Positions 34,459 through 43,487 of a stretch of DNA of 64,000 nt are shown one piece after another (within the stretch, counting starts at the first letter, position 1; each line of letters opens with the position of its first letter). A program made the position numbers and the translations under genes. The notes below the pieces were generated by a model. The model ran no database searches, was not told the DNA's origin, and worked only from the letters and a program-made list of their open reading frames with translations. The stretch is taken from the NCBI GenBank assembly GCA_049644605.1, contig JBARSF010000005.1, positions 538 through 64,537 of the forward strand, in the 5' to 3' direction. The DNA comes from Anaerolineales bacterium (GTDB taxonomy: Bacteria; Chloroflexota; Anaerolineae; Anaerolineales; UBA11858).

Positions 34459-35742
34459 ATGCCATTATTAAACTGGTCCTCAAAAACAGAATTTATCCCG
34501 CAAGGTGGGACACTTAACACGGAATCAATCCTCTATCCATTTGGAACGCAGGATTCTGATCAACAGCCTCAGAACCGGTTGATCCTGGGAGATAACCTGC
34601 TGGTAATGAATTCTTTGATGGGGGATTATGAAGGCAAGATAGACCTCATCTATGCCGATCCTCCATTTTTCACTAATAAAGGATACTCTGCCAGGATTGG
34701 CAGGGGAGAGGATTCCCGAAAACCAGAAGACTGGCAGCTTGCTGAAGGTTATCCAGATGAATGGACAGATATGGAATCCTACCTGGACATGCTTTATCCC
34801 CGCCTGCTGCAGATCTACAAATTATTATCTCCAACAGGTTCGTTTTATCTCCACCTGGATTGGCACGCGAATTCATATGCACGGGTGCTGTTAGATGAGG
34901 TATTTGGGTATGATAATCTCAGAAATGAGATCATCTGGACCTATCATGGACCTTCTCCAATCAGGAGTGCCTTTAACCGAAAACACGATATGATCTTGTT
35001 TTATTCCAAATCAAATCAATATACATTTAATGTTGATCAAGTCCGCATTCCCTACAGTGCCAATACCGTAGAAACATTCAAATCCTCAAAAAAAGCAGGG
35101 TTTGGAAAAACCCCTGATTTGGACAGGGGTAAAGTGCCTGAAGATTGGTGGTATTTTCCAGTAGTTGCCAGGCTGCACAATGAACGAACCGGATATCCAA
35201 CCCAGAAACCTGAGAGTCTAATGGAAAGGATTATCATGGCTTCCTCCAACCCGGGTGATATTGTGGCAGATTTTTTTGGGGGAGCAGGCACTACAGCGAT
35301 TATTGCTGCCCGGCTGAACCGGCGGTTCATTAGTTCAGACACCCAACCTCGAGCCCTTCATACCAGCCGTTCCCGGTTGGTTCTGGATCTTCAGGAGAAA
35401 AGAAAAGAAAAACCTTGGGACAGGGAAGGGGATTACTCAATAATGGTCCAGCGGGAAGGGTCCTTTAAGGAACCTTCCTACTCAACGTTGGAAGAACTCG
35501 GACTAACCAAACTGGAAATTAATCAGGGGGTGATTAACCTGCCGGCCGACTTGCTCTCTGAGATTGAATATTGGGAATTGGATCCGGATTGGAATGGGGA
35601 GATTTTTCACAGCAGGGTACAGGGCGCGAGGCCCTGGAGGAAGGGGGATATTCCAACTCCCATCCCCGTGCCGGATGCGGTTGGACAGATATGTTTAAGA
35701 TTTGTATTAATTAATGGAGCTTTAATCCAGCAGGTTCTTTAA
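34459..35742 (+). CDS. Beta-class N6-adenine/N4-cytosine DNA methyltransferase (probably N6A), orphan
   Basis: Motif IV DLIYADPPF precedes motif I DIVADFFGGAGTTAIIA, which is the beta-class order. A ~120-aa C-terminal extension follows. No nuclease-like neighbour is present. Confidence 0.8.
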   Translation: MPLLNWSSKTEFIPQGGTLNTESILYPFGTQDSDQQPQNRLILGDNLLVMNSLMGDYEGKIDLIYADPPFFTNKGYSARIGRGEDSRKPEDWQLAEGYPDEWTDMESYLDMLYPRLLQIYKLLSPTGSFYLHLDWHANSYARVLLDEVFGYDNLRNEIIWTYHGPSPIRSAFNRKHDMILFYSKSNQYTFNVDQVRIPYSANTVETFKSSKKAGFGKTPDLDRGKVPEDWWYFPVVARLHNERTGYPTQKPESLMERIIMASSNPGDIVADFFGGAGTTAIIAARLNRRFISSDTQPRALHTSRSRLVLDLQEKRKEKPWDREGDYSIMVQREGSFKEPSYSTLEELGLTKLEINQGVINLPADLLSEIEYWELDPDWNGEIFHSRVQGARPWRKGDIPTPIPVPDAVGQICLRFVLINGALIQQVL

Positions 35743-35768
35743 ATAAAATACCCCGCCGTTCAGCGGGG
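35741..35768 (-). terminator. Hairpin terminator downstream of the response-regulator gene (possibly bidirectional)
   Basis: CCCCGC-cgttca-GCGGGG hairpin (35751-35768). On the minus strand it is followed by TATTTTATTT. A T8 run lies 13 nt downstream on the plus strand. Confidence 0.45.
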
Positions 35769-35795
35769 GAAACGGTGATGTTTTTTTTACTGGTT

Positions 35796-36473
35796 TTACA
35801 GGTCGAGTTTATATCCTTTACCCCGCATTGTTAAAATCAGTTTTGGCTTGTCTGGATCTATTTCGATAATTTTTCTCAACCAGTTGATATGCACATCAAG
35901 GGAACGGGTGTCCTCGGTGTAGTCGGTCTTCCAAATCTTGATGAACATTTTTTTTCTGTCGAGAACTACCCCTTTTTGTTTGATCATCATCTTTAATAAC
36001 TCCGCCATCCGGGGAGTTACGTGCTCTTCTTTCCCGTTGCAGCGAATAACCTGGCGGTCCATATCAAGATGAATTGGTCCGATTCTTAAGATTTCGTCTC
36101 CATCCCCGGGCGTAAAGGGGATAATCCGGTTTTCGAGTTTACGGATGGTAAAGGGCAGTACTAGCTGAATCTCCGCCACGATTTGGTTGGTGGGGAGATT
36201 ATCAGGTGAATTTATCAGGATGATGGGAATGGCAGGGTATTTCGCTTGAACAGATTTGCATATCCGCGATCCAGTGGTCCGCATCGAGGCAGCGTCAACG
36301 ACCATCACATCCGGTTTTGCGCGATTGAGTTTCTGCAGGGCATCTTTTCCCGTGGCAACAAAAGTGACTTTATACCCTTTGGCTTCCAGACCAGGGACGA
36401 ATGACGGAATATCCCCTCTTCTCTTTCCTGCCCAGAGTATTCTTGTCTTTCGATTAGGTTTTTCAGTCATCAA
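35796..36473 (-). CDS. OmpR/PhoB-type winged-helix regulator with an atypical (pseudo-)receiver domain
   Basis: The C-terminal trans_reg_C motifs are LTPRMAELLKMMI, VHINWLRKII, and RGKGYKL. The receiver keeps DVMVVDAAS but has ILWAGKRRGD in place of the DD acidic pair and LPF in place of KPF. Confidence 0.8.
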   Translation of the reverse strand: MMTEKPNRKTRILWAGKRRGDIPSFVPGLEAKGYKVTFVATGKDALQKLNRAKPDVMVVDAASMRTTGSRICKSVQAKYPAIPIILINSPDNLPTNQIVAEIQLVLPFTIRKLENRIIPFTPGDGDEILRIGPIHLDMDRQVIRCNGKEEHVTPRMAELLKMMIKQKGVVLDRKKMFIKIWKTDYTEDTRSLDVHINWLRKIIEIDPDKPKLILTMRGKGYKLDL

Positions 36474-36774
36474 GAGCTTCCACCAGGAAAATCTTCTAGA
36501 TTGCTATCAGAGGGTTGTGCAATTATAACGTGAAAGGGCAATAATGGCAAATACAAATTTCTTAAGATTCAACAATAACGCGGTTACAAATCCATAGCTT
36601 GGCTGAATGTTCCTCGATCGTTTAATTTTGTGCAGATTTATACGGCCTGACTCTATTTTATATGAACCTTAAGAAAAATCGTTAGGGATATCGCAGTTGT
36701 AAACCATCTGCAAAGATATTCACTGGGGGATGATACAATTTTAGATATCATTTTATCAACTACAGGGTTATTAA

Positions 36775-38043
36775 ATGTTAATCCATTCTGCCGCACAACT
36801 GATAACTTTAGCTGGAGGACCTCAACGGGGATTAAACCTTGGGGACTTGGGGTTAATTGAGGATGGTGCGGTTTTATTCAGGGCAGGAAGAATTGTGGAG
36901 ACAGGCTCATCCGCTGCCCTGCTGCAGAAATATTCAGAAGAAGAGAGAATGGATGTACGCGGAAAAGTAGTGATGCCGGGATTTGTTGATCCGCATACCC
37001 ATATTATCTGGGCAGGAGACCGGTCCGCAGAATTTGAACTCCGCTTACAGGGAGCATCTTACCTGGAAATTATGGAAGCGGGCGGGGGCATAGTTTCTAC
37101 AGTGAAGGCAACCAGAAAAGCTTCTTTAGAGCAGCTGAAAGAAAGTGCTCGATCGAGGCTGAAACGGATTTTTTCCCACGGCACCACAACCCTGGAAGGG
37201 AAAACCGGCTACGGCTTGAACACTGAAACAGAGTTATTAACCTTGCAGGCTTTATTGGAACTGGACCGGGAGGAGCCACAGGATATTGTTCTTACCTTTT
37301 TAGGTGCCCATGCGATCCCTCCAGAATATACGGGGAATACCCCTGGATATGTGGACCTGGTTTGTGAAGAAATGCTTCCAGCCCTTGCCAATTGGTGGCT
37401 GACCCAGACCAATAAACCTTATCCCTATGTGGATGTATTTTGTGAGACAGGTGCTTTTGATCTGACCCAGAGTCGGCAAATTCTGGAAAAGGCTCGGGAA
37501 CTCGGATTTCCATTGAAGATTCATGCGGACGAATTTGATAACCTGGGTGGTGTGAGTTTAGCTGTCGAATTGGGAGCAGCTTCTGCCGATCATCTGGTAG
37601 CCACTTCTCCTGATGATAGTAAGGTGCTGGGCGAATCGGACACAGTCGCGGTAGCTTTACCGTGCACGCCTTTTGGATTGGCGGAACAGAAATATACACC
37701 GGCAAAAGACATTCTGGAAGCAGGAGGAATTCTGGCCATTGCCACAGATTGCAATCCGGGAACTGCCTGGTGTGAGAGCATGCAGTTTGCTGCAGCGCTT
37801 GCTTGCAGGTATATGAAACTTGCTCCTAAGCAGGCAATTGCAGCGGCGACGATTAATGCCGCTGCCGCGATCGGGATGGATAAAAAAATTGGATCTTTAG
37901 AGCCCGGGAAACAAGCGGATATAATTGTGTTGGATATCCCTGACTACAGGCATATCGGTTACCGATTTGGAACCAATCTGGTAAAAACGGTGATCAAACA
38001 AGGACAGGTTTATCAGGGTGAGGAGGAATTGTGGATCTTCTAG
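36775..38043 (+). CDS. hutI: Imidazolonepropionase
   Basis: GFVDPHTHIIWAGDR, EIMEAGGGIVSTVKATR and KIHADEF motifs of HutI amidohydrolases. Confidence 0.85.
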   Translation: MLIHSAAQLITLAGGPQRGLNLGDLGLIEDGAVLFRAGRIVETGSSAALLQKYSEEERMDVRGKVVMPGFVDPHTHIIWAGDRSAEFELRLQGASYLEIMEAGGGIVSTVKATRKASLEQLKESARSRLKRIFSHGTTTLEGKTGYGLNTETELLTLQALLELDREEPQDIVLTFLGAHAIPPEYTGNTPGYVDLVCEEMLPALANWWLTQTNKPYPYVDVFCETGAFDLTQSRQILEKARELGFPLKIHADEFDNLGGVSLAVELGAASADHLVATSPDDSKVLGESDTVAVALPCTPFGLAEQKYTPAKDILEAGGILAIATDCNPGTAWCESMQFAAALACRYMKLAPKQAIAAATINAAAAIGMDKKIGSLEPGKQADIIVLDIPDYRHIGYRFGTNLVKTVIKQGQVYQGEEELWIF

Positions 38044-38216
38044 ATAATTCACTTTTAATTTGGGTTGTCATTGCAGTTGTAGGATTATTTGTTTTACGCG
38101 TTATTCTTAAAGTTACTAAAAAGGTGCTCACGCTTGGAATTTTAATTTGTGTGGCTGTAGCGGTGTATCTCTATGTCACGCAAACCTTATTCCCGGCTGT
38201 AAAGGCCTTCCCCTAA
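38031..38216 (+). CDS. Small two-TM membrane protein (hypothetical)
   Basis: GTG start lies 4 nt after an AGGAGG RBS. Two hydrophobic helices are present: LLIWVVIAVVGLFVLRVIL and LTLGILICVAVAVYLYV. There is no homology evidence. Confidence 0.4.
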   Translation: MDLLDNSLLIWVVIAVVGLFVLRVILKVTKKVLTLGILICVAVAVYLYVTQTLFPAVKAFP

Positions 38217-38265
38217 AGTTCGCTACCCTGACAGAGATACCAGTACAATAATCAGGAGATTTTGC

Positions 38266-38895
38266 ATGCCGACCATTGAAGAGGCCAGGGCCTTTTACCC
38301 GGAGGACGATCCAGTTCACGGTTTTTCCCACATTCTCCGTGTCTACCGATTATGCGAAAGAATTGGCAAAGCGGAAAACGCCAACCTGGATATTGTCAGG
38401 GCGGCTGCGCTTCTTCATGATGTGGGGGGGGATGTGGATGTGCGAAAAGAACACCATCTTGCGGCGGCTGAGTTTGCAGAAAAAACCTTATTAAAAGAAG
38501 GTTGGTCTGAAGAGTCAATCCAGGCAGTGATTCATTGTATCCGGGCTCATCGATTCCGGGATAATTCAGAGAAACCGCAAACCCTGGAAGCTCAGGTCCT
38601 CTTTGATGCTGACAAGATTGATGCCATTGGCGCGGTCGGTGTTGCTCGGGCGGTTTCTTATGCAGTCCGGGCAGGAATGGATGTGTATGCTCCCCCTTCG
38701 GCTTTATATATATCCACCGGTGAAATGGAACCGGGAGAATCCCAAACAGTTGCCCATGAATACTTATACAAACTTCGCCATATTAAGGATCGATTATTTA
38801 CGGAGGCAGGCCGTTCCCTGGCAGCTGGACGGCATGAACTGATGGTTAATTTCTTTAATGGGTGGCTGGAGGAGATTGGGGAATACCCCGGTTAA
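38266..38895 (+). CDS. HD-domain phosphohydrolase
   Basis: HGFSHILRV...AALLHDVG...FDADKIDAIG give the H...HD...D metal-binding pattern. Confidence 0.75.
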   Translation: MPTIEEARAFYPEDDPVHGFSHILRVYRLCERIGKAENANLDIVRAAALLHDVGGDVDVRKEHHLAAAEFAEKTLLKEGWSEESIQAVIHCIRAHRFRDNSEKPQTLEAQVLFDADKIDAIGAVGVARAVSYAVRAGMDVYAPPSALYISTGEMEPGESQTVAHEYLYKLRHIKDRLFTEAGRSLAAGRHELMVNFFNGWLEEIGEYPG

Positions 38896-38907
38896 CATTG
38901 GGGGTGA

Positions 38908-39711
38908 TTAATCCCGTCGGAGAAATTCCTCCAAATCTGTGAGATTTATTCGGGATGTCAGATCCAGGCTCAGAGGGGTAACTGAAATTTCTTTATTATT
39001 TATCACAGCGTGGGAGTCAGTTCCCTGGGGGGATTTGTCCCAATCCGGCGCGATATCATATCCGATTTCATTTCCGGATTCAGTGAGATTTTCCGGCACA
39101 GTGGGCTGATAAAATCGCATCATGGATAACCTGGTGGTTTGCCAGGGTGTTTCTGGTGTTGCCTGGGCTGGAATTTCTACCTTCAGCAATTGCACATCAG
39201 GAGGCATGGTTTTTGTTAAAAGAAGCTGGGAGAAATACTTTGTGAAGTATCCAGCTGTGCTGAAATTTACGTCACGTGAATAGGATATATGGTATTTTTT
39301 ATCCGTTTCCAAGGAAATTGCCAGGGAGGGAATGCCGGCTGAGGCAGCTTCCAGGGCAGCACCCACAGTTCCCGAGATGGTGACCCCACTGCCGACATTC
39401 AGCCCATAATTGATACCGGAAACGACCAGGTCCGGTTTTCTTGGCAGCAGTTTCAGCGCCCCGTATAAGACCGCCATAGCCGGAGTGCCGCCGATCGCAT
39501 GAACGGTCCAGACTTTGCCATTAACTTCAAGGGATTCCTTGTGAACTTGAGAATCATAGATACCGGGCATGCTCCGACCTGTTCCGGAAGCCTGTTCTCT
39601 TGGCGCAACCACGGTTACAAAACCCAACTCATCCAGGGCTTCTGCCGCAGCCCACAGGCCTGGAGATTGGATTCCATCATCGTTTGTCAGCAGGATTTGT
39701 AATTCTTCCAT
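38908..39711 (-). CDS. surE: 5'/3'-nucleotidase SurE
   Basis: ILLTNDDGIQSPGL N-terminus, SGINYGLNVG, and GTVGAALEA. Confidence 0.9.
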   Translation of the reverse strand: MEELQILLTNDDGIQSPGLWAAAEALDELGFVTVVAPREQASGTGRSMPGIYDSQVHKESLEVNGKVWTVHAIGGTPAMAVLYGALKLLPRKPDLVVSGINYGLNVGSGVTISGTVGAALEAASAGIPSLAISLETDKKYHISYSRDVNFSTAGYFTKYFSQLLLTKTMPPDVQLLKVEIPAQATPETPWQTTRLSMMRFYQPTVPENLTESGNEIGYDIAPDWDKSPQGTDSHAVINNKEISVTPLSLDLTSRINLTDLEEFLRRD

Positions 39712-39727
39712 ATAGATTTGATTTCCT

Positions 39728-39754
39728 CAATAAAAAGAGCGGAAATATCCGCTC
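39728..39754 (-). terminator. Rho-independent terminator after the tRNA cluster
   Basis: The minus strand reads GAGCGGA-TATT-TCCGCTC followed by TTTTTATTG. Confidence 0.6.
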
Positions 39755-39765
39755 ATCATTTCAGG

Positions 39766-39838
39766 CACCCTCGGCGTGATTCGAACACGCGACCCCTTAC
39801 TCCGCAAGCAAGTGCTCTATCCACTGAGCTACGAGGGC
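39766..39838 (-). tRNA. tRNA-Arg (anticodon GCG)
   Basis: The minus strand reads GCCCTCG-TA-GCTC-AGTGGATA-GAGC-A-CTTGC-TTGCGGA-GTAAG-GGGTC-GCGTG-TTCGAAT-CACGC-CGAGGGT-G. The cloverleaf folds, with U33 and G37. The 3' end is encoded as CC, not a full CCA. Confidence 0.8.
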
Positions 39839-39847
39839 AGACAATCA

Positions 39848-39940
39848 TGGCGGGGAGGGTGGGATTCGAACCCACGGTCGAGCTTTATTCCCGACAACCG
39901 CTTAGCAGGCGGCCCCAATCAGCCACTCTGGCACCTCCCC
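39848..39940 (-). tRNA. tRNA-Ser (anticodon GCT), class II with long variable arm
   Basis: Acceptor stem GGGGAGG/CCTCCCC. Anticodon stem-loop GCCGC-CTGCTAA-GCGGT. Long variable arm. T-arm GTGGG-TTCGAAT-CCCAC. Discriminator G and an encoded CCA. Confidence 0.85.
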
Positions 39941-39956
39941 GGGAGAGTCTTTTTAA

Positions 39957-40046
<90 letters not shown>

Positions 40047-40122
40047 CGATAAAAGGTTCTCCGAGCGGTGAGATTTTACCATAGCTGAGAAAGGGAAGCA
40101 ATGTTGTTCAGCCCCTCATCCC

Positions 40123-40151
40123 TTGACTCATCTCCATCCGCACGCTAAAAT
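40123..40151 (+). promoter_or_regulatory. Sigma-70-like promoter upstream of ffh
   Basis: TTGACT (40123-40128), a 17-nt spacer, then TAAAAT (40146-40151). It lies about 75 nt upstream of the ffh start. Confidence 0.45.
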
Positions 40152-40224
40152 GATTTTTCGCGGATGGCTCCGTTGATGGATTTGTCATCCGCTGTTTTTG
40201 TGGAGTTTGCAGGATCGGAATGTT

Positions 40225-41544
40225 ATGTTTGATCAATTGACAAAACGCCTGGATGAGATCTTTTATTCTCTGCGACGGCGGGGAAAACTCTCTGAGAAAG
40301 ATGTTGATACCGCAATGCGTGAAATCCGGCTGGCACTGCTTGATGCAGATGTCCAGTATGGTGTGGTGCGTGATTTTATTGCCCGGGTAAAAGATCGAGC
40401 TATAGGCCAGGAAGTCTCCAAAGCGCTTAATCCTGGCCAGCAAGTTGTGAAAATTGTGCACGAAGAGCTGATCCAGACCCTGGGAGAGCCAATCCCCCTC
40501 AAGGCAGCTGAAAATCAGCCGTTGGTGATTATGCTGGCCGGTTTACAGGGTTCTGGAAAAACAACTGCTGCTGGCAAGATTGGACGTTTATTAAAGAAGC
40601 AGGGTGAACAGGTCTTGCTGATTGCGGCTGATCCTTATCGACCGGCTGCAGTGGATCAATTAAAAAGCCTTGGTGATCAGCTTTCTATTCCAGTTTTTTC
40701 TGATCAAACTCTTACCCCTCCCCAGCTGGCAGAGGAAGCATTAAGGCAAGCCCAACTCTCTGGAATAACAGCCTTAATTCTTGATACAGCGGGAAGATCA
40801 CAAATCGATGAGGATCTGATGGATGAACTGCAAGCTGTCCAAAAGGCCTGTAACCCGGATGAGATCCTGCTGGTTGTAGATGCAATGATTGGTCAGGAAG
40901 CAGTCAACGTGGCGGAAGGATTTATCAATGCTGCTCCGATCACCGGACTGGTGATGAGCAAAATGGACGGTGATGCCCGCGGAGGAGCCGCAATCTCGAT
41001 CCGGTCTGTGACGGGAGTTCCGATTAAATTCCTGGGAACAGGAGAAGGACTTGAAGCGCTGGAGGGATTTGATCCATCCAGGCTGGCATCAAGAATCCTG
41101 GGCATGGGAGATGTAATTGGATTAATTGAACGGGCAGAAGAAACTATTGATGAAGAAACCGCCCGCCTGCAAACTGAGCGTTTGTTTTCAGGTGAATTTA
41201 CTTTGGATGATTTTTCTAAACAATTATCCCAGGTCATGAATATGGGACCAATTGGAAAATTAATGGGCATGATGCCGGGAGAATTTGGTAAAATGTCCCA
41301 ATCAATTGATCCTCAGGAAGCTGAGAAGAGAATGCGCAGGACCCAGGCTATCATTCAATCCATGACTGCCGCGGAAAGGCAAAATCCAAAGATCCTGAAT
41401 GCCAACCGCAGGAAACGGATAGCCGCGGGCTCAGGCACACAGGTTTATGATGTAAATCAACTGGTGAAGCAGTACCGTGATGCGCAGCGTTTGTTTAAGG
41501 AAATTAAGAAATCAGGCCTGGGAAACCTGCCGCGATTTTCTTAA
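40225..41544 (+). CDS. ffh: Signal recognition particle protein Ffh
   Basis: MFDQLTKRLDEIF N-terminus, GLQGSGKTT, DTAGR and the M-domain (MGMMPG). The start was moved from the track's 40198 to 40225. Confidence 0.9.
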   Translation: MFDQLTKRLDEIFYSLRRRGKLSEKDVDTAMREIRLALLDADVQYGVVRDFIARVKDRAIGQEVSKALNPGQQVVKIVHEELIQTLGEPIPLKAAENQPLVIMLAGLQGSGKTTAAGKIGRLLKKQGEQVLLIAADPYRPAAVDQLKSLGDQLSIPVFSDQTLTPPQLAEEALRQAQLSGITALILDTAGRSQIDEDLMDELQAVQKACNPDEILLVVDAMIGQEAVNVAEGFINAAPITGLVMSKMDGDARGGAAISIRSVTGVPIKFLGTGEGLEALEGFDPSRLASRILGMGDVIGLIERAEETIDEETARLQTERLFSGEFTLDDFSKQLSQVMNMGPIGKLMGMMPGEFGKMSQSIDPQEAEKRMRRTQAIIQSMTAAERQNPKILNANRRKRIAAGSGTQVYDVNQLVKQYRDAQRLFKEIKKSGLGNLPRFS

Positions 41545-41629
41545 CATTCTGAGTTTTAGTGTATAATAGTCTCCGCTGTGGAAACACCGCAGCGGATTGA
41601 AGCAGGAAATAAATTAAGGAGTACATGTT

Positions 41630-42532
41630 ATGGTTCGAATTCGTTTACGCCGTGCTGGAGGAAAAGGTCAGCCCACTCATCGTATTGTGGCTGCTGACAA
41701 AGAAAGTCCCCGGGATGGCAGATTTATTGAGATCCTGGGTGATTATAATCCGAGGACTGAACCCGCGACTATTCGCGTCAAAGAAGAGCGGGTTTATCAT
41801 TGGCTGAGCGTAGGCGCCCAGCCTTCAAATGCAGTCCTGCAAATATTCAGGGTTGTCGGATTGATGGAGCGGTATCAGCGTTATAAAGATGGCGAAGATA
41901 TTGAAGTCCTGGTCGCAGAAGGAAAACAGGTTGAGAAAGACCGCAATATTGATCCCCGCACACGCCGGGATGATCTTGTGAAAAAATCACCTCCGAAGAA
42001 GAAAGAAAAACCAGAAGAAGAAGAACTTCCTGAAGCAGCCGAAGCCGAAGTGGAAGCTGTTGAGGTGGAAGCGGAACCGGAACCCGAAGTCGAAGCTGTT
42101 GAGGTGGAAGCGGAACCGGAACCGGAACCCGAAGCCGAAGTGGAAGCTGTTGAGGTGGAAGCGGAACCCGAAGTCGAAGTGGAAGCTGTTGAAGTGGAAG
42201 CGGAACCCGAAGTGGAAGCTGTTGAGGTAGAAGCAGAACCGGAACCGGAATCGGAAGCTGAACCCGAGGTAGAATCGGTTGAAATAGAACCTGAGCCTGA
42301 ACCTGAGGTTGAAGAGGTCGTGGAAGAAGAGCCACAAGCTGAGGTTAAAGAAGAAACCGCCCCACAGGAAGAACAAAAAGAAGAAGCTCCAGAACCAGTA
42401 CTTGAAGTGAAGATCACCGATGCTGCTAAAAAACTGGCAGAAGATGCGGGAATTGATCTAGCCAAAGTAAAGGGAAGCGGGAAAGATGGGAATATCTTAA
42501 AATCGGATATTACTAAACTGATTCAGGACTAA
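41630..42532 (+). CDS. rpsP: 30S ribosomal protein S16 fused to an acidic Glu/Val/Ala/Pro tandem-repeat tail and a C-terminal E3-binding (peripheral subunit-binding)-like domain
   Basis: The S16 core is MVRIRLRRAGGKGQPTHRIVAADKESPRDGRFIEILGDYNP. Residues ~128-256 are EAEVEAVEVEAEPEPE-type repeats. Residues 261-298, ITDAAKKLAEDAGIDLAKVKGSGKDGNILKSDITKLI, match the PSBD consensus (xPAARKLAxExGIDLxxVxGTGxxGRIxKxDV). Confidence 0.85.
   Translation: MVRIRLRRAGGKGQPTHRIVAADKESPRDGRFIEILGDYNPRTEPATIRVKEERVYHWLSVGAQPSNAVLQIFRVVGLMERYQRYKDGEDIEVLVAEGKQVEKDRNIDPRTRRDDLVKKSPPKKKEKPEEEELPEAAEAEVEAVEVEAEPEPEVEAVEVEAEPEPEPEAEVEAVEVEAEPEVEVEAVEVEAEPEVEAVEVEAEPEPESEAEPEVESVEIEPEPEPEVEEVVEEEPQAEVKEETAPQEEQKEEAPEPVLEVKITDAAKKLAEDAGIDLAKVKGSGKDGNILKSDITKLIQD
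42035..42310 (+). repeat. In-frame imperfect tandem repeat inside rpsP
   Basis: The core GAAGCTGTTGAGGTGGAAGCGGAACC (minor variants in the last two copies) recurs at 42053, 42092, 42143, 42182 and 42215. Spacings are 39, 51, 39 and 33 nt, all multiples of 3. Degenerate GAACC(T/G)GA units continue to about 42310. Confidence 0.85.
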
Positions 42533-42583
42533 CCTGGCAAAATCAGGATTGATACTCCTTTTTAGATATTGCGGAGGAAAACT

Positions 42584-42820
42584 TTGATAGATTTGATAAC
42601 CTATATAGCCCGGTCGTTAGTGGAAGATCCAACACAGGTAAAAGTGTCTCACCAGCGCCACCGGGACAGCATCAATTTCCAGCTTGAAGTAGCTCAGGAA
42701 GATATGGGTCGAGTGATCGGGAAAAATGGCCGCGTTGCCAATGCGATCCGTACTCTGCTGAATGTGCCAGCCTCCGGAATTGGAAAAAGAGTAAATCTTG
42801 ATATTGTAGAACCACAATGA
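42584..42820 (+). CDS. KH-domain RNA-binding protein (YlqC/UPF0109 family)
   Basis: IDLITYIARSLVEDPTQVKV...VAQEDMGRVIGKNGRVANAIRTLL contains the GxxG KH motif. TTG at 42584 lies 6 nt after GGAGG; the track ORF starts at 42569. Confidence 0.8.
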   Translation: MIDLITYIARSLVEDPTQVKVSHQRHRDSINFQLEVAQEDMGRVIGKNGRVANAIRTLLNVPASGIGKRVNLDIVEPQ

Positions 42821-43374
42821 ATGCCGAAAAGAATATAAGTAACAACACAGGTTCGTCCCCCAAGGATGAACCTGTGTTTATTGTTATTGGGAAGTTTCGC
42901 CGTCCCCACGGCATCCGGGGGGAAATTGTTATGACCGTCCTGACAGATTTTCCTGAATTGATCTCACCTGGGAAGAAAGTGTTTGTCGGCGAGCAGCACT
43001 ACCCATACCTGGTAAAAACTACCCGCTGGCATGGTGCCGATTTACTTGTTTCCCTGGAAGAACTCCCTGACCGGACTGCAGTGGAAATCTTCCGGAATAT
43101 TATGGTATATATGAAAGCAGAAGATATACCAGACCTGCCTGAGGGAGATTATTACATCCACCAGCTGGTTGGCCTGGAAGTCATCACAGACCAGGGTCAG
43201 ATATTAGGAACAATCAAAGAGATTATCATTACAGGGGCCAATGATGTTTATCTGATTGAATCAGCTGAGGGAGAGGAAATTTTAATCCCGGCGATTGACC
43301 AGGTTGTTCTGGATATTAATCAGGAAGAGGGAAAAGTACTGGTTCATATCATTCCCGGCTTATTAGATATATAA
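42817..43374 (+). CDS. rimM: 16S rRNA processing protein RimM
   Basis: IGKFRRPHGIRGEI, followed by a PRC-barrel C-terminus. ATGA overlap with the KH gene. Confidence 0.85.
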   Translation: MNAEKNISNNTGSSPKDEPVFIVIGKFRRPHGIRGEIVMTVLTDFPELISPGKKVFVGEQHYPYLVKTTRWHGADLLVSLEELPDRTAVEIFRNIMVYMKAEDIPDLPEGDYYIHQLVGLEVITDQGQILGTIKEIIITGANDVYLIESAEGEEILIPAIDQVVLDINQEEGKVLVHIIPGLLDI

Positions 43375-43487
43375 TCAACATAGCAGGGGTATATCTCGGG
43401 GGAAATTCACTATGATAATCAAATCTCGATTAGTTTTTTACCACTTGTCCTGGAGGCTCTCTGAGAAGGACTTCTGGGCAAACTCAC

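Noticed and set aside
40108-40461. 117-aa minus-strand ORF overlapping the ffh promoter and start, and the N-terminally extended track starts for ffh (40198), manC-like (44641), Gfo (24531), IPK (54022) and the 48366 ORF
   Set aside because: Internal starts with better RBS spacing, family-typical N-termini, or stop/start coupling are preferred. The antisense ORF has no support.
41847-42465. Long antisense and off-frame ORFs (41847-42335, 41881-42465, 41987-42376), and a possible CRISPR-like repeat array
   Set aside because: These are low-complexity shadows of the in-frame GAA/GTT/GCT repeat tail of rpsP. The repeats are contiguous, are multiples of 3 nt, contain no unique spacers, and no cas genes are present.
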